Shown: positions 1 through 12,223 of the stretch, piece after piece | Layout: every line of letters starts with the position of its first letter | How positions within the stretch are numbered: position 1 is the stretch's first letter | Source: Candidatus Hodarchaeota archaeon | GTDB taxonomy: Archaea > Asgardarchaeota > Heimdallarchaeia > Hodarchaeales > Hodarchaeaceae | Direction: 5' to 3' | Length of the DNA: 64,000 nt | Assembly (NCBI GenBank): GCA_029856365.1 | Contig: JAHQWW010000006.1 | Location: 21,555-85,554 of the forward strand | Translations under genes and position numbers: made by a program | The notes under the pieces: generated by a model | Told to the model about the DNA's origin: nothing | Seen by the model: the letters and a program-made list of their open reading frames with translations, nothing else | Database searches by the model: none

Positions 1-9
1 TCATTTGAA

Positions 10-1029
10 TTATAGGATAAACTTGGTTTTACTCCTTTCAAAAACCTCTTTGAAGAGATTGTCCATCTTAAGCTTATGTGGAAGAGCTTTTGCTACTCTT
101 CTAATTTTATTTATAATTTCCTTATCATAGGATTGAAATCGAGAATGAAATAAAGAATCTAAAGGAGTCTGATTATATAGTAGAGATCGTTTACTTTCCA
201 AGCAAAACGGTGGTACATCTAAAAGACTTGCAAGTGTAATTTTTTCTCTTGAAATGCTGTGATCTTTTAAGATTGTTTTCCATTCTAGGTCTCGTAAAAG
301 ATGATGATCAATGATCACATTTTCTATATCATTTACTGCCATTAATCGCTCAAAGGCACGTTCTGTATCTTTAGTAGTCTGTTTAGGATGATAAGTTGAA
401 GGCCCGTCAATGATTATCAAGTCAGCTGGATTTTCGTTAATAAATTTCAATGCTATGTCAGAACCAGGACCTACAATATCAGAACTGATCAGGACACTTT
501 CATAGGAATCTGAAATCAAAACTGCAACTACCCATCCTTGTTTTGAATGTAGTTTCCCGTGAGGTAAAGCTGCTGAAAAAACAATTCTGGTTCGGCCAAA
601 CACAAATGTATTACCATCAGCTACAAACAAGGGAATTCCATTACGTTTCCATAACCAGAATGCTCTTTTTTTCTGATTAAAATTTATGTTTTTTGTTGGA
701 TCTTTAGCTAAAATCTTCTTCTTCGGATGAGAATACAATGTATTAGCTATAGCTTTATTTGTAAACTCATATGGTCGATCTATACTTAATGAATAATGAT
801 CCGCGTGATAATGAGTTTGTATAATAATAGTAGCAAGTTCCCAAAATTTCATGATATAGTGTCGAGAAAGATAAGAGGCTGCTATCTCCTGAATATGCGG
901 AGGATAACCATTACGAAAGGGAGCAAGGGAAACCGATGGGTCAATTAAGATATTTTGATCTTCAGAAAGTATGAATAATGATAGTCCTCGAGTCCCTAAA
1001 GACTCTGATGCAATCGGAATCACCCGCAT
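10..1029 (-). CDS. MBL-fold metallo-hydrolase (UPF0282-like)
   Basis: ASESLGTRG start, LIDP, THYHADH metal motif, SSD and DHHLLRD motifs. Confidence 0.8.
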   Translation of the reverse strand: MRVIPIASESLGTRGLSLFILSEDQNILIDPSVSLAPFRNGYPPHIQEIAASYLSRHYIMKFWELATIIIQTHYHADHYSLSIDRPYEFTNKAIANTLYSHPKKKILAKDPTKNINFNQKKRAFWLWKRNGIPLFVADGNTFVFGRTRIVFSAALPHGKLHSKQGWVVAVLISDSYESVLISSDIVGPGSDIALKFINENPADLIIIDGPSTYHPKQTTKDTERAFERLMAVNDIENVIIDHHLLRDLEWKTILKDHSISREKITLASLLDVPPFCLESKRSLLYNQTPLDSLFHSRFQSYDKEIINKIRRVAKALPHKLKMDNLFKEVFERSKTKFIL

Positions 1030-1712
1030 TCATTCTTTCACCTTAATCTGAACTAAATATTCTTAGGTTATTAAAATTGATAAAAATATATTCAATTTTT
1101 AATGTGGAACGACACTCTTAATAATATTTAATGTGTGGGGAGTAAAGAATTTAATATTGTTATCGTAAAATTTGGTAACCTAAGGAAGTGTAAGGAGTAA
1201 TATCCCAAAACAAATAGTAAAAAGAAACTTTAAATACCATAAAGCCTCTTTAGATATGTTTTTGTCCATTTTTATATCAAGCAAAAGGTTATGGTTAATA
1301 ACAATCGCTATTGTAGGAATAACATCCACTCAAACTACGATTAAAAGTATTTTAGTTTGAAATGGGCATTTTCATTATAAATAAAAAGGTCCTTCTAAAT
1401 CAGGTTGTATGTATAAAATTACAAAAAAGTTTAATGAAGTGTTTATTGATCTGATTCAGTCTTCTCCTCTTGAGTATGTTAACATTAATCAGCGTGGTTG
1501 ACATAAGAGAGTATAGTAGCTCATAGTTCTCTTCCTCTGAGTTACTAGCTCACAATATAATTTGAGAATCATTAACGTTAAAATACATAAGCATTTTCGC
1601 TTTAGTTAAGTAATTTTCATATTTCTTACCAACTCCTCTCCTGAAAAACCCATAAATCTTCTCTAAATTCTGTAACATGTTCTAGCTGTAAATATTGCTG
1701 GGAGACTATCTG

Positions 1713-4400
1713 ATGTGGACACCTGAGCTAAAAAAAATTAACCAAATTCAATTTGGAATTCTTTCACCAGATGAAATCAGAAAGATGGCAGTTACAAAAA
1801 TCATTACTGCTGATACTTACAACGAGGATGGAACACCCATTGAAGGTGGATTGATAGATCGTCGTCTTGGCACAATTGAACCTGGTCAACGTTGTAAGAC
1901 CTGTGGAAATCAAGTGGGAGATTGTCCAGGACACTTTGGTATGATAGAACTTGCAAGACCAGTCATCCATGTTGGATACGCTAAATCAATAATTTACAAA
2001 CTACTTCGTTCAACATGCAGAGCATGTTCACGAATTCTATTAGATTCACTTACTATAAAAAAATATCAACGATTGATTGAGAAAGCAGCCAAAGAAGAAG
2101 ATATTAAGACCACTTCTGAAATAATCAAGGAAGTAGTTAAAGAAGCAAGGAAAAAATCCGAATGCCCTCATTGCAGCCAACCTCAGTTTAAAATAAAGTA
2201 TGAAAAACCAACTAGCTTTTACGAAGAAACACCCGAAGGATCCGTCCGAATAACACCTTCAGAAATCCAAAAACGATTTGAAGGAATTCAAACACAGGAT
2301 TTAAACCTATTAGGTATTGATGCAACCCATTCTCGACCAGAATGGATGATATTATCTGTTTTACCAGTACCTCCTGTATCTGTTCGCGCTTCGATAACAT
2401 TAGAATCAGGTGTACGAAGTGAAGATGACCTCACACATAAACTAGTAGATATAATAAGGATAAATCAAAGATTAAGAGAAAATATTGAAGCTGGAGCTCC
2501 GCAGCTTATTGTAGAAGACCTATGGGAGCTTTTACAATATCACGTCACAACTTTCATGGATAATGAAGTCGCAGGAATTCCACCAGCAAGACACAGATCG
2601 GGCCGTGCATTAAGAACACTAACTCAAAGATTGAGAGGGAAAGAAGGACGTTTTCGAGGAAATTTATCTGGAAAAAGAGTTGACTTCTCTGCAAGGACAG
2701 TTGTTTCTCCCGACCCCAACATTTCTATAAATGAAGTAGGGGTTCCTGAACAAATCGCTAAAATTTTAACTGTTCCTGAGAGAGTAACGGAATGGAATAT
2801 TGAGGAAATGAAAGAATTAGTGATGAATGGTCCCAATCCAGAGATAAATGAGAAAACAGGAGTTTCTAAAACAGGATCCAATTATATTATCAGACCAGAT
2901 GGTAAAAGAATTGACTTAAGATTTGTTGGAGATTTAAATAACACCGCAGAGATGATCGATCAAGGTTTCATTGTTGAACGTCACTTACGAGACGGTGACA
3001 TGGTTCTCTTTAACAGACAACCATCTCTTCATCGTATGTCTATTATGGCTCATGAAGTTCGTGTAATGCCCTTTAAGACCTTTAGATTACATCTATGTGT
3101 ATGTACACCCTACAATGCCGATTTTGATGGAGATGAAATGAATCTTCATGTGCCCCAAAGTGAAGAGGCTCGGGCAGAAACCCGTGTTTTGATGAGAGTC
3201 CAAGAACAGATACTTTCTCCTAGATATGGTGGTCCAATTATTGGAGCCCTTCATGATTATGTTTCTGCATCGTTTTTACTTACACGAAAGAAAACATTAA
3301 TTTCAAAAGAAGATGTCTGGCAACTATTACTGGCAGGAAAGTATGAAAGGGAACTTCCATTGCCAGCAATTGCATATCCTACAGAATTGTGGACTGGAAA
3401 ACAAGTTTTTAGCTTATTATTGCCTTCAGATGTCAATGTTACAGCCAAATCCCGAACTTGTCGAAAACATGATGTTTGTAAGGGAGAGCTCTGCGAATAC
3501 GACAGCTCAATCTATATTAGATCAGGCCAGTTACTCTCTGGGGTCATTGATCGACGAGCAATAGGTGCAGATGAGTCAGAAAGTGTTTTACACGTTGTAG
3601 TTAAAGATCATGGAAGTGACAGAGCTAGAGAGTTCTTGGATTCTCTAACTCAAATGCTCTTGGAATTTCTCTCTCATGAAGGATTTAGTTTGGGGTTTTC
3701 TAACGTCAATATGCCAGAAGAAGGTAAGAAAAGGATTAAAGCATTAATCGCAGAGAATGAAAAAACAGCAGATGAAATAATTGAAGCTTATCACAGGGGA
3801 GAACTAGAACCTCTTCCTGGTAAATCCCTTGAAGAAACTTTAGAAATGCGTATCATGAGTGTTCTAGCCAAAGCTAGGGATAGCGCGGGTAGCGTAGCGA
3901 ACGATTACATGGGAATTTCAAATTCAGCGGTTGTAATGGCTTCAACTGGGGCAAAAGGAACTCAACTCAATATTGCCCAAATGGCTGCATGTGTTGGGCA
4001 GCAATCAATTCGAGGAGAAAGGATATTGAGAGGGTATCGTAAACGATCTCTACCACATTTCAGAAAAAATGACATTGGACCAGTTGCACGGGGTTTTGTT
4101 CGTTCCAATTATAGAACAGGACTATCTCCCACGGAATTTTTTTTCCATGCTCAAGGAGGGCGCGAGGGGTTAGTTGATACCGCAGTTCGAACCTCAACTA
4201 GCGGGTATCTCCAACGGAGATTGGTGAATGCTTTACAAGATCTCCATGTCAATTACGATATAATAGTCCGAACAACCGAAGGAGATGTAGTTCAATTACG
4301 TTATGGAGAAGATGGAGTGGATCCAATGAAATCGTACCATGGTAGACCTGTAGATATCGATGCTATTATTGAAGAAGTTCTTTCAACAGAAGAAGATTAA
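1713..4400 (+). CDS. rpoA1: DNA-directed RNA polymerase subunit A' (Rpo1N)
   Basis: NADFDGD catalytic motif, CPGHFG zinc clamp, GKRVDFSAR, GLVDTAVRT; ATG 1713 follows GGAGA (ORF track starts at TTG 1695). Confidence 0.98.
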   Translation: MWTPELKKINQIQFGILSPDEIRKMAVTKIITADTYNEDGTPIEGGLIDRRLGTIEPGQRCKTCGNQVGDCPGHFGMIELARPVIHVGYAKSIIYKLLRSTCRACSRILLDSLTIKKYQRLIEKAAKEEDIKTTSEIIKEVVKEARKKSECPHCSQPQFKIKYEKPTSFYEETPEGSVRITPSEIQKRFEGIQTQDLNLLGIDATHSRPEWMILSVLPVPPVSVRASITLESGVRSEDDLTHKLVDIIRINQRLRENIEAGAPQLIVEDLWELLQYHVTTFMDNEVAGIPPARHRSGRALRTLTQRLRGKEGRFRGNLSGKRVDFSARTVVSPDPNISINEVGVPEQIAKILTVPERVTEWNIEEMKELVMNGPNPEINEKTGVSKTGSNYIIRPDGKRIDLRFVGDLNNTAEMIDQGFIVERHLRDGDMVLFNRQPSLHRMSIMAHEVRVMPFKTFRLHLCVCTPYNADFDGDEMNLHVPQSEEARAETRVLMRVQEQILSPRYGGPIIGALHDYVSASFLLTRKKTLISKEDVWQLLLAGKYERELPLPAIAYPTELWTGKQVFSLLLPSDVNVTAKSRTCRKHDVCKGELCEYDSSIYIRSGQLLSGVIDRRAIGADESESVLHVVVKDHGSDRAREFLDSLTQMLLEFLSHEGFSLGFSNVNMPEEGKKRIKALIAENEKTADEIIEAYHRGELEPLPGKSLEETLEMRIMSVLAKARDSAGSVANDYMGISNSAVVMASTGAKGTQLNIAQMAACVGQQSIRGERILRGYRKRSLPHFRKNDIGPVARGFVRSNYRTGLSPTEFFFHAQGGREGLVDTAVRTSTSGYLQRRLVNALQDLHVNYDIIVRTTEGDVVQLRYGEDGVDPMKSYHGRPVDIDAIIEEVLSTEED

Positions 4401-5606
<1,206 letters not shown>

Positions 5607-5608
5607 TC

Positions 5609-5908
5609 ATGAAACAAGAATTGGAAAAAGCCATTAGCATGGCTGTAAGTACAGGGAAAGTGAAATTAGGGTATAATGCTGCAATTAAAAGCGTTTTAAG
5701 TGGTAAAGTTAAAGTAACAATAATTTCAGCCAACCTCCCATTAGATTCTAAAGATATTTTATTACGGAATTGCGAACTCTCACAGATACCTATTATACAA
5801 TATGAAAAAACTAGTTTCGATCTGGGTGCTGCATGTGGACGTCCCCATATGGTTTCTACAATAGCAATCTTAGATCCAGGAAATTCTAAAATACTGGATT
5901 ATCTATAA
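5609..5908 (+). CDS. rpl30e: 50S ribosomal protein eL30
   Basis: TGKVKLG, LGAACGRP, DPGNSKIL; canonical position after rpoA2. Confidence 0.95.
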   Translation: MKQELEKAISMAVSTGKVKLGYNAAIKSVLSGKVKVTIISANLPLDSKDILLRNCELSQIPIIQYEKTSFDLGAACGRPHMVSTIAILDPGNSKILDYL

Positions 5909-5922
5909 TAGGATGTATTTTA

Positions 5923-6363
5923 TTGTCAAATATTCGCATGTCTCAGGAAGAGCTTCGCTTTATTTCCATTCTTGAAGGTCTTACAGGTGCGCTTGCTGTT
6001 GATTGTATTTGGGATAAATCCGAAACTAGAGTGATTTTTGTGGTTCGTCGTAATGATACAGGAAAAGTGATAGGTCGTGGAGGAACAACCATTAGGCGTC
6101 TTCGTGAACATTTCCATAAGCAAATTGATATTGTCGAATATTCTGAAAATTTAGAGATTTTTGCTGCAAATACACTAGCACCTGCTAAAACGAAGAATGT
6201 AGAAATTCATGAAAAATCAGGAAAGAAAACCGTTGTAGTAACGGTTATTCCAAAAGAAAGAGGAAAAGCAATTGGTAAGAATGGTAGAAATATCCAAAGA
6301 TCGCGACTTTTAATGAAAAGACACTTTGGAGTCAATAATGTAATCATCCAAAGCCCTCCTTAG
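5923..6363 (+). CDS. nusA: Archaeal NusA (two KH domains)
   Basis: VIGRGG and AIGKNGRN KH loops, DIVEYS; synteny. Confidence 0.93.
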   Translation: MSNIRMSQEELRFISILEGLTGALAVDCIWDKSETRVIFVVRRNDTGKVIGRGGTTIRRLREHFHKQIDIVEYSENLEIFAANTLAPAKTKNVEIHEKSGKKTVVVTVIPKERGKAIGKNGRNIQRSRLLMKRHFGVNNVIIQSPP

Positions 6364-6504
6364 AATGAAAATAATCAATTTGCAATACAAAACCTTTCTT
6401 ATAAGAAATCAAAAAAAGAAACAGAGACTCCTATTTGCTTCAAAGACCAGTTTACATTGTTTGATGATACAAATTAAGGAATTATTTGAATTAGGCGAAG
6501 AAAT

Positions 6505-6948
6505 ATGACGGGATTAAAATCACCACGAGGAGAATTTGCTGCAAACAAGTTAATACGGAAACGAAAGAAGTTTCGTTGGAAAAGCACAATATATAAAAGA
6601 AAAGTACTCCGTTTGAAGGAAAAATTCGACCCTTTAGAAGGAGCTCCGCAAGCGCGGGGAATTGTTATCGAAAAAGTAGGAATTGAATCAAAACAACCCA
6701 ATTCTGCAATTAGAAAATGTGTTAGAGTCCAACTTATAAAAAATGGAAAACAAGTTACTGCTTTCGTTCCTGGTGATGGGGGTCTATTATTTATCGATGA
6801 GCACGATGAAATAATAATAGAAGGGATTGGTGGAGCAAAAGGTGGTGCTATAGGTGATCTACCAGGCGTGAGATATAAAGTGGTTCACGTAAATGGAGTT
6901 AGTCTCAGTGCTTTACTCTCGGGAAAAAAAGAGAAACCAATGCGGTAA
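6505..6948 (+). CDS. rps12: 30S ribosomal protein uS12
   Basis: [25 protein letters not shown]. Confidence 0.98.
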   Translation: MTGLKSPRGEFAANKLIRKRKKFRWKSTIYKRKVLRLKEKFDPLEGAPQARGIVIEKVGIESKQPNSAIRKCVRVQLIKNGKQVTAFVPGDGGLLFIDEHDEIIIEGIGGAKGGAIGDLPGVRYKVVHVNGVSLSALLSGKKEKPMR

Positions 6949-7029
6949 CACTGGCCTTCTTTCTCATGAAAAAATGGTTTAAGCTAATGGATTATCCAGT
7001 CTCATTCTACATAGGATATTGGTTTTTTC

Positions 7030-7719
7030 ATGTCAGCTATTCCTAAATCAAGCTATAGAATCATCACGCCTGTAAATTTCTCTTGGTCTTTGAAGCAAAT
7101 CGAATTATATCGAAAAATCATTGCTTTTGTCAAACAAATTGATAGTTTTAGATCACCTAAAGTCTTATTAGAACAATATTCATTGCCAGCGCAGCTCATA
7201 GCTTTCATTCTAGTTTGTGTAGAAAAAGATCTAATGAATCAGAGAATTGTTGAATTTGGATCAGGCACAGGGAGAATCAGTCTACCATTATTAAAATTCT
7301 TTTCCGCACATTTACTTTGTGTAGATATAGATTCTGAGACAATGCATGGTTTGAAAAGGCTTCTCAAATCAGAAAAACTCGATGCAGAGCTGTTATTATC
7401 AGCTATTGAATTCCTCGAAACTTATTCTTGGAAGGATTCTTATGAAGTAACTATTATGAATCCACCCTTTGGTACAAAACGGAGGGGTATTGACATTGTA
7501 TTTTTAGAAAAAGCATTGATTTTTTCAAAAAAAGTAATTTCTATTCATAAATCAAATCGAGAATCACGAAGGCTCATTGATAGGATCAGTCGAAACTACA
7601 ATAAATCATGTGAAATATTAGCGACTTTGGAATTCCCGATTCCACCTTTATATGTGTTTCATAAAAAAAAGAGTCATTATGTTGATGTTGATGTCTACAG
7701 GATCAGTGAAATAATATAA
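7030..7719 (+). CDS. METTL5-like N6-adenine RNA methyltransferase
   Basis: LLEQYS, EFGSGTG SAM motif, NPPFG catalytic motif, FHKKK C-terminus. Confidence 0.8.
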   Translation: MSAIPKSSYRIITPVNFSWSLKQIELYRKIIAFVKQIDSFRSPKVLLEQYSLPAQLIAFILVCVEKDLMNQRIVEFGSGTGRISLPLLKFFSAHLLCVDIDSETMHGLKRLLKSEKLDAELLLSAIEFLETYSWKDSYEVTIMNPPFGTKRRGIDIVFLEKALIFSKKVISIHKSNRESRRLIDRISRNYNKSCEILATLEFPIPPLYVFHKKKSHYVDVDVYRISEII

Positions 7720-8197
7720 AATCTGACATTCTCTTAAATAACTGAAGAAAATTCAAAATAGTAAATTTTACAGTTCAATAATCTTTTTAATTAGGTTAGT
7801 TTTAGGATTTTCACTCATCTCTTCCATAAATACAGGTAAAATACCTGTAAGATCAGAGCTAGGGAGTTCCAATCTTTACACAGAAGAGGTCTTTGAAGAG
7901 CTCGTTTCACCTTTGCTTTGTTATTGTATAAATATCCTTTCTTTGAAGGTTTTCAAGCTATAATTAAGGGATGATTCATCTTAATTCTATTTTAACAATA
8001 AATTCCGTATTTGCTAAAAAAAAAGTAAAGCTCGAATAGCTTCGTTATAGGTCAAAGAAAAATTTACCAATATAATTCCTGAGTCCATTATTATGGAGAT
8101 CTTGTGTCTTTGGTAGAGATGAGAGAACAAATAATGTCCTCACCTGCTTATGTACTCGAATCATATTAAAAAGCGATAATAGATAGTACTATTAGGA

Positions 8198-8815
8198 ATG
8201 ATCATGAATAATAATAAGAAATTTGACGCTGATAATGATTGGGTTTTACCAGGTGACAAGATTGCTGTTATAGAGGAGTTCTTACCAGATGAAACCTGTT
8301 ATGAACAAGATGGAAGCATTTATTCAAAAATCGTTGGTCGAGTAGTGACGGATCCTAAAAAACATAAAATATCTGTGATTCCTAAACATCCGCACCGCAC
8401 AATAAAGAATGGTGATGTTGGATTGGGACGTGTAGAATTCATGAAAAAACAAATAGCATCTGTTAATATATATCATCTAAATAAAGAAAACCTTTCTATC
8501 CCAATAAGTGCTGTGTTGCATATATCAGAAGCTTCTCGACGTTTTGTGAAGAATATGTATGAGGTGACGCGACCAGGAGATTGGCTTAGGTTCCGAATAA
8601 TTAGAGCGGTAAAACCAGTTTATATTAGTTTGATTGGGGATGGATTGGGTGTTGTAATTTCCTATTGTATCCAATGTGGCCATGAACTAGAATACAAAAG
8701 ACGAAATAGATTAGAATGCCCGAATTGTGAAACTCCTCAATCAAGAATCACGTCAAAATATTTTGGCAAATCATTAATTCGTAATTTGAGGCCATCAAGG
8801 AATGAAGCCAGATGA
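8198..8815 (+). CDS. csl4: Exosome cap protein Csl4
   Basis: VLPGD N-terminus, S1 domain, LGVV followed by CxxC...CxxC zinc ribbon. Confidence 0.88.
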   Translation: MIMNNNKKFDADNDWVLPGDKIAVIEEFLPDETCYEQDGSIYSKIVGRVVTDPKKHKISVIPKHPHRTIKNGDVGLGRVEFMKKQIASVNIYHLNKENLSIPISAVLHISEASRRFVKNMYEVTRPGDWLRFRIIRAVKPVYISLIGDGLGVVISYCIQCGHELEYKRRNRLECPNCETPQSRITSKYFGKSLIRNLRPSRNEAR

Positions 8816-9632
8816 TAAGAAGATATGGGATATAGGTCTAAACGAAGACCGATGGCGAAAAAGAAAAAAAAGATCTGAAGATTTTCAGACCGTTGATGCA
8901 GTGATTGACCTGAATACTGCAAAACAGTTGAAACGGTTGCAAAATAATAGATTTATTGATTCAATTACTGGAACTATTGCTTCTGGAAAAGAATCTGGTG
9001 TCTTTTTGGCTGAGCTCGGATCAAAGGGAAAGGAATATTGTAAAGCGTATTCAATAAGCTCACCTATTGTTGTGAAGATATTCCGTACAAGTACACTTAA
9101 TTTCAAGCAAATAATCCGTTATATTTCTGGTGATAGAAGGTTTCGTAAACATAGTAAAAAAATCCATCACATCATAAACCTTTGGGTTGAGAAAGAATAT
9201 AGTAATCTCCAGCGAAGTTCATTAGCAGGAATTAATGTTCCAAAGCCTATTTTAGCAAAGAATAATATTCTACTGATGGAACTTCTAGGAAAAGATGGAA
9301 AACCATATCCTTTACTGAAATTCACGCCAAAGGCATATACAAGATCCACATTAACTCAGATACTGAATCAAACTAAACTTCTTTTCCGACGGGCGGGCCT
9401 TGTACATGCTGATTTATCACCCTTCAACATTATAATGGTAGATCAGACACCTTATTTCATAGATATGAGTCAAAGTATTCTAATTTCGCATCCAAGGGCT
9501 TTAGAATTTCTCAAACGAGATCTGAGAAATGTTCTTTCCTCCTTTAAAATGAAAGGTTTGTCGGTCCCTAATGAAAAAAAGCTATTTGATGAAATGACTG
9601 TTGATTTTCCTGATAAAAATCTTATACTGTAA
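8802..9632 (+). CDS. rio1: RIO1-family atypical kinase
   Basis: SGKESGVF, YISGDRRF, WVEKEYSNL, VHADLS, IDMSQS. Confidence 0.92.
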   Translation: MKPDDKKIWDIGLNEDRWRKRKKRSEDFQTVDAVIDLNTAKQLKRLQNNRFIDSITGTIASGKESGVFLAELGSKGKEYCKAYSISSPIVVKIFRTSTLNFKQIIRYISGDRRFRKHSKKIHHIINLWVEKEYSNLQRSSLAGINVPKPILAKNNILLMELLGKDGKPYPLLKFTPKAYTRSTLTQILNQTKLLFRRAGLVHADLSPFNIIMVDQTPYFIDMSQSILISHPRALEFLKRDLRNVLSSFKMKGLSVPNEKKLFDEMTVDFPDKNLIL

Positions 9633-9676
9633 ACCTACTAATAGAGTTGAAGGGCTTTTAAGGGGAAATAAACCGA

Positions 9677-10243
9677 ATGGTAATAGAAAGTCACTTAAAA
9701 ATTCCAAAAAGTCGAATTGGGGTGGTGATTGGGAGAAAAGGTACGGTGAAATCAGAAATAGAATCTATTACAGGTGTTTCCATTCGAATTAATAGTGAAG
9801 ACGGTTCAGTTCACATATCATCAACTTCAGATATGACAGATCCTACATTTATATGGAAAGCTCGAGATATTGTCAAAGCAATCGGTAGAGGTTTCAGTGC
9901 GGAAAAAGCTTTCTATTTATTAGACGATGATATCTTTCTAGAGACCATTGAGCTAGCAGGATCGAAAAATACAATTAAAAGAATTAAAGCCCGTATTATT
10001 GGAGAGAAGGGAAAAGCAAGAAAGATGATTGAGGCTAGTACTGAAGTAATGATTTCTATTTTTGGTAATCAGGTTTCACTCATTGGAGAAATTTCAGAAA
10101 TCAAAAATGCAAGAGAAGCTATTATGCAGCTAGTTCATGGCTCGAAACATGGTACCGTCTATCGTTATCTAGAGCAATTACGATTTAGATCTAAACAGGA
10201 ACCTCAAAAAATTTGGAAGAACCGTCATCTCGATGAAAATTGA
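9677..10243 (+). CDS. dim2: Dim2/Pno1 KH-domain pre-rRNA processing protein
   Basis: RIGVVIGRKG, KAIGRGFS, RIIGEKG, GSKHGTVY; follows rio1. Confidence 0.92.
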   Translation: MVIESHLKIPKSRIGVVIGRKGTVKSEIESITGVSIRINSEDGSVHISSTSDMTDPTFIWKARDIVKAIGRGFSAEKAFYLLDDDIFLETIELAGSKNTIKRIKARIIGEKGKARKMIEASTEVMISIFGNQVSLIGEISEIKNAREAIMQLVHGSKHGTVYRYLEQLRFRSKQEPQKIWKNRHLDEN

Positions 10244-10286
10244 AAAATTTTTAAGAAAATTAATATTTCAACGTTCTGGATATTTA

Positions 10287-10361
10287 GGGCCGATAGCTCA
10301 GCCTGGAAGTAGCGCCTGGCTTGCAATCAGGAGGTCGTGGGTTCAAATCCCATTCGGTCCA
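10287..10361 (+). tRNA. tRNA-Ala(TGC), no intron
   Basis: Acceptor GGGCCGA/TCGGTCC with G3:U70 Ala determinant; anticodon arm CCTGG-CT-TGC-AA-TCAGG; T arm GTGGG-TTCAAAT-CCCAT. Confidence 0.96.
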
Positions 10362-10543
10362 CAATTTCTTTAGGAAAATCCCTGGAAACGCGTATAAATA
10401 TGAATAAAGAATAAAAGGATCTATTATTGGCTTAAACTCGTTTTTTTCCCTCTTTAGTTTCTGAAAAGGAATAATACATGATTTTCAATCCTATATAACT
10501 GAGAATATTTCACCTCATTTCACAAGAAATAAAGTATTTCCAC

Positions 10544-10756
10544 TCAAGTAAATAAAGATCCTAACTCTTTTAGTAATTCATCAGCATTAAGTAAAAGCCA
10601 ATCAAGAACTCCAGTCACGATTGATAAAATAAGTAAAAAGCCAAATAGACTCAGTCCTATTAAAATTCCTTCTTCAACTAAAGGTGAAGCTCTTCTATCC
10701 CTTTTTAATCGTTTTAATAGAGAAATAACTCCTCTTTTTCCTGAAATTGATTTCAT
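10544..10756 (-). CDS. Small type IV/Flp-like pilin with class III signal peptide
   Basis: Basic leader KRLKRDRRA|SPLVE with Glu at +5, then a long hydrophobic helix; 70 aa. Confidence 0.6.
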   Translation of the reverse strand: MKSISGKRGVISLLKRLKRDRRASPLVEEGILIGLSLFGFLLILSIVTGVLDWLLLNADELLKELGSLFT

Positions 10757-10872
10757 GGTTTCGCCAATCTACCTCTTCCCTTGCTCCTTTTAACCTCCCA
10801 AAAATTAGCAACAGAAATGTGATTTTTGGGTAATTAAAATAAAAAATATTATTGGGAGTATTGGTGTGTATC

Positions 10873-11463
10873 ATGAGGCTATTACCACCAGATAATAATA
10901 AACCATTGAAAATTGTCATCTTAGGGGAAGGAGGAGTTGGAAAAACAACTATATCAAAGACATTCATCAACAATTCGTTTTTCAGTAAAGCAAAACAAAC
11001 AATTGCGGTAGAGTTTCATTCTAAAATACTTTCAAATTGTAAGAACACCTTTTGTAAGCTACAAATATGGGATCTAGGAGGACAAGAGCAATTTAAGAAT
11101 ATGGGAGTTTTTGAAGAGTTTTGTAAAGGCTCCGACGCAGCACTCTTATGTTTTGATCTGACAGATTTATCCTCCTTATTTTCTATCCCTGAATGGATTA
11201 GTTTTATCGAACCTCATGTACCCAAGTTTTTAATTGGTACAAAATCTGATATTGCGTCTTCTGAAGAGAGAAAATTTGACTTAATACCATTTCAGAAAAG
11301 ATTTCAGTGTGTAACTTCATTTAAATGTTCAGTAAAGGATGTTATTTCCGTAATAGGAATTTTTGAAACAGTAATCGGATTTATTCAGAATATCCGAAGT
11401 GGTAGGGTTAAATTTCATTCCGATTTATCATTAGAGCTCTCAAAACATCTATTAATCTCTTAA
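10873..11463 (+). CDS. Rab/Ras-like small GTPase
   Basis: G1 GEGGVGKT, G2 TIAVEF, G3 WDLGGQ, G4 TKSD, G5 SVK; no C-terminal prenylation cysteines; ATG 10873 preferred over TTG 10852. Confidence 0.9.
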   Translation: MRLLPPDNNKPLKIVILGEGGVGKTTISKTFINNSFFSKAKQTIAVEFHSKILSNCKNTFCKLQIWDLGGQEQFKNMGVFEEFCKGSDAALLCFDLTDLSSLFSIPEWISFIEPHVPKFLIGTKSDIASSEERKFDLIPFQKRFQCVTSFKCSVKDVISVIGIFETVIGFIQNIRSGRVKFHSDLSLELSKHLLIS

Positions 11464-11473
11464 GGCGATTTTA

Positions 11474-12223
11474 ATGCAAAAATTATTGAGAAAAGTGTAT
11501 AATCAAGAATATAATAGAATACTAAGTGGTGTCCCTGGTTTCGATAATTTAGTTTTCGGTGGATTTCGTAAGAATTCAGTTAACGTAATTATTGCTGACC
11601 CTGGATGTGGAAAATCAACTTTTTGCTGGCAATTTTGCTCTGAAGACTCCCAATCCCCCGCTCTGTATGTTTCTCTAGAACAGAATATTGATTCAGTATT
11701 TCAAGATTGCTGTGATATTGGACTTACTAAATTCAAAGAGAAATATCGACGGGGAAGTTTACAATTTCAAGTTGCCTTTTCTGAAGATTCAGACTTAACT
11801 TCAGGTGAGATTGCTTTGCGTTTTTTTATGTCAGAGCTACCAAAGTACCTAGAAGTCATCAAAGAAACTGCAGATAGCTATCAGGGTGGTATCCGTATAG
11901 CTATTGATCCTCTCACTCCATTACTTCTTGAAATTCCAGAATCAAATCATCAAAGAAATGTCATCAACAGGATTTTTTCTTCGTTAAGAAAGATTGGAAC
12001 TTCTGTCGTGACAATTGAAAAGGGATTTGGAAAAACACTCGCAAGAATACCTCTTTTTTTGTCTGATTCAATAATTGAACTCGATCACATAGGATTAGGT
12101 GGAATATACAATAGAACTTTAAGCATACGTAAGTTTAGAGGATCTGCTCATTCAGAAATACCTCAACCAATTTGTTTTGAGAAAAATAAAGGTCTGATAG
12201 TCCATGATATCTCAAGTAATTGA
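11474..12223 (+). CDS. KaiC-like (RAD55/ArlH family) single-domain ATPase
   Basis: SGVPGFD, Walker A DPGCGKS, YVSLEQ, IAIDP, RTLSIRKFRGSAHS. Confidence 0.85.
   Translation: MQKLLRKVYNQEYNRILSGVPGFDNLVFGGFRKNSVNVIIADPGCGKSTFCWQFCSEDSQSPALYVSLEQNIDSVFQDCCDIGLTKFKEKYRRGSLQFQVAFSEDSDLTSGEIALRFFMSELPKYLEVIKETADSYQGGIRIAIDPLTPLLLEIPESNHQRNVINRIFSSLRKIGTSVVTIEKGFGKTLARIPLFLSDSIIELDHIGLGGIYNRTLSIRKFRGSAHSEIPQPICFEKNKGLIVHDISSN

Noticed and set aside
7831-7849. Perfect inverted repeat TACAGGTA-AAA-TACCTGTA and short minus-strand ORF fragments in the 7720-8197 spacer
   Set aside because: Single short palindrome with no second copy seen; ORF fragments are under 40 aa and interrupted by stops
10371-10392. 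ORB-like TCCCTGGAAAC after tRNA-Ala as a replication origin
   Set aside because: Single degenerate match, no repeated ORBs or G-string, and far from cdc6
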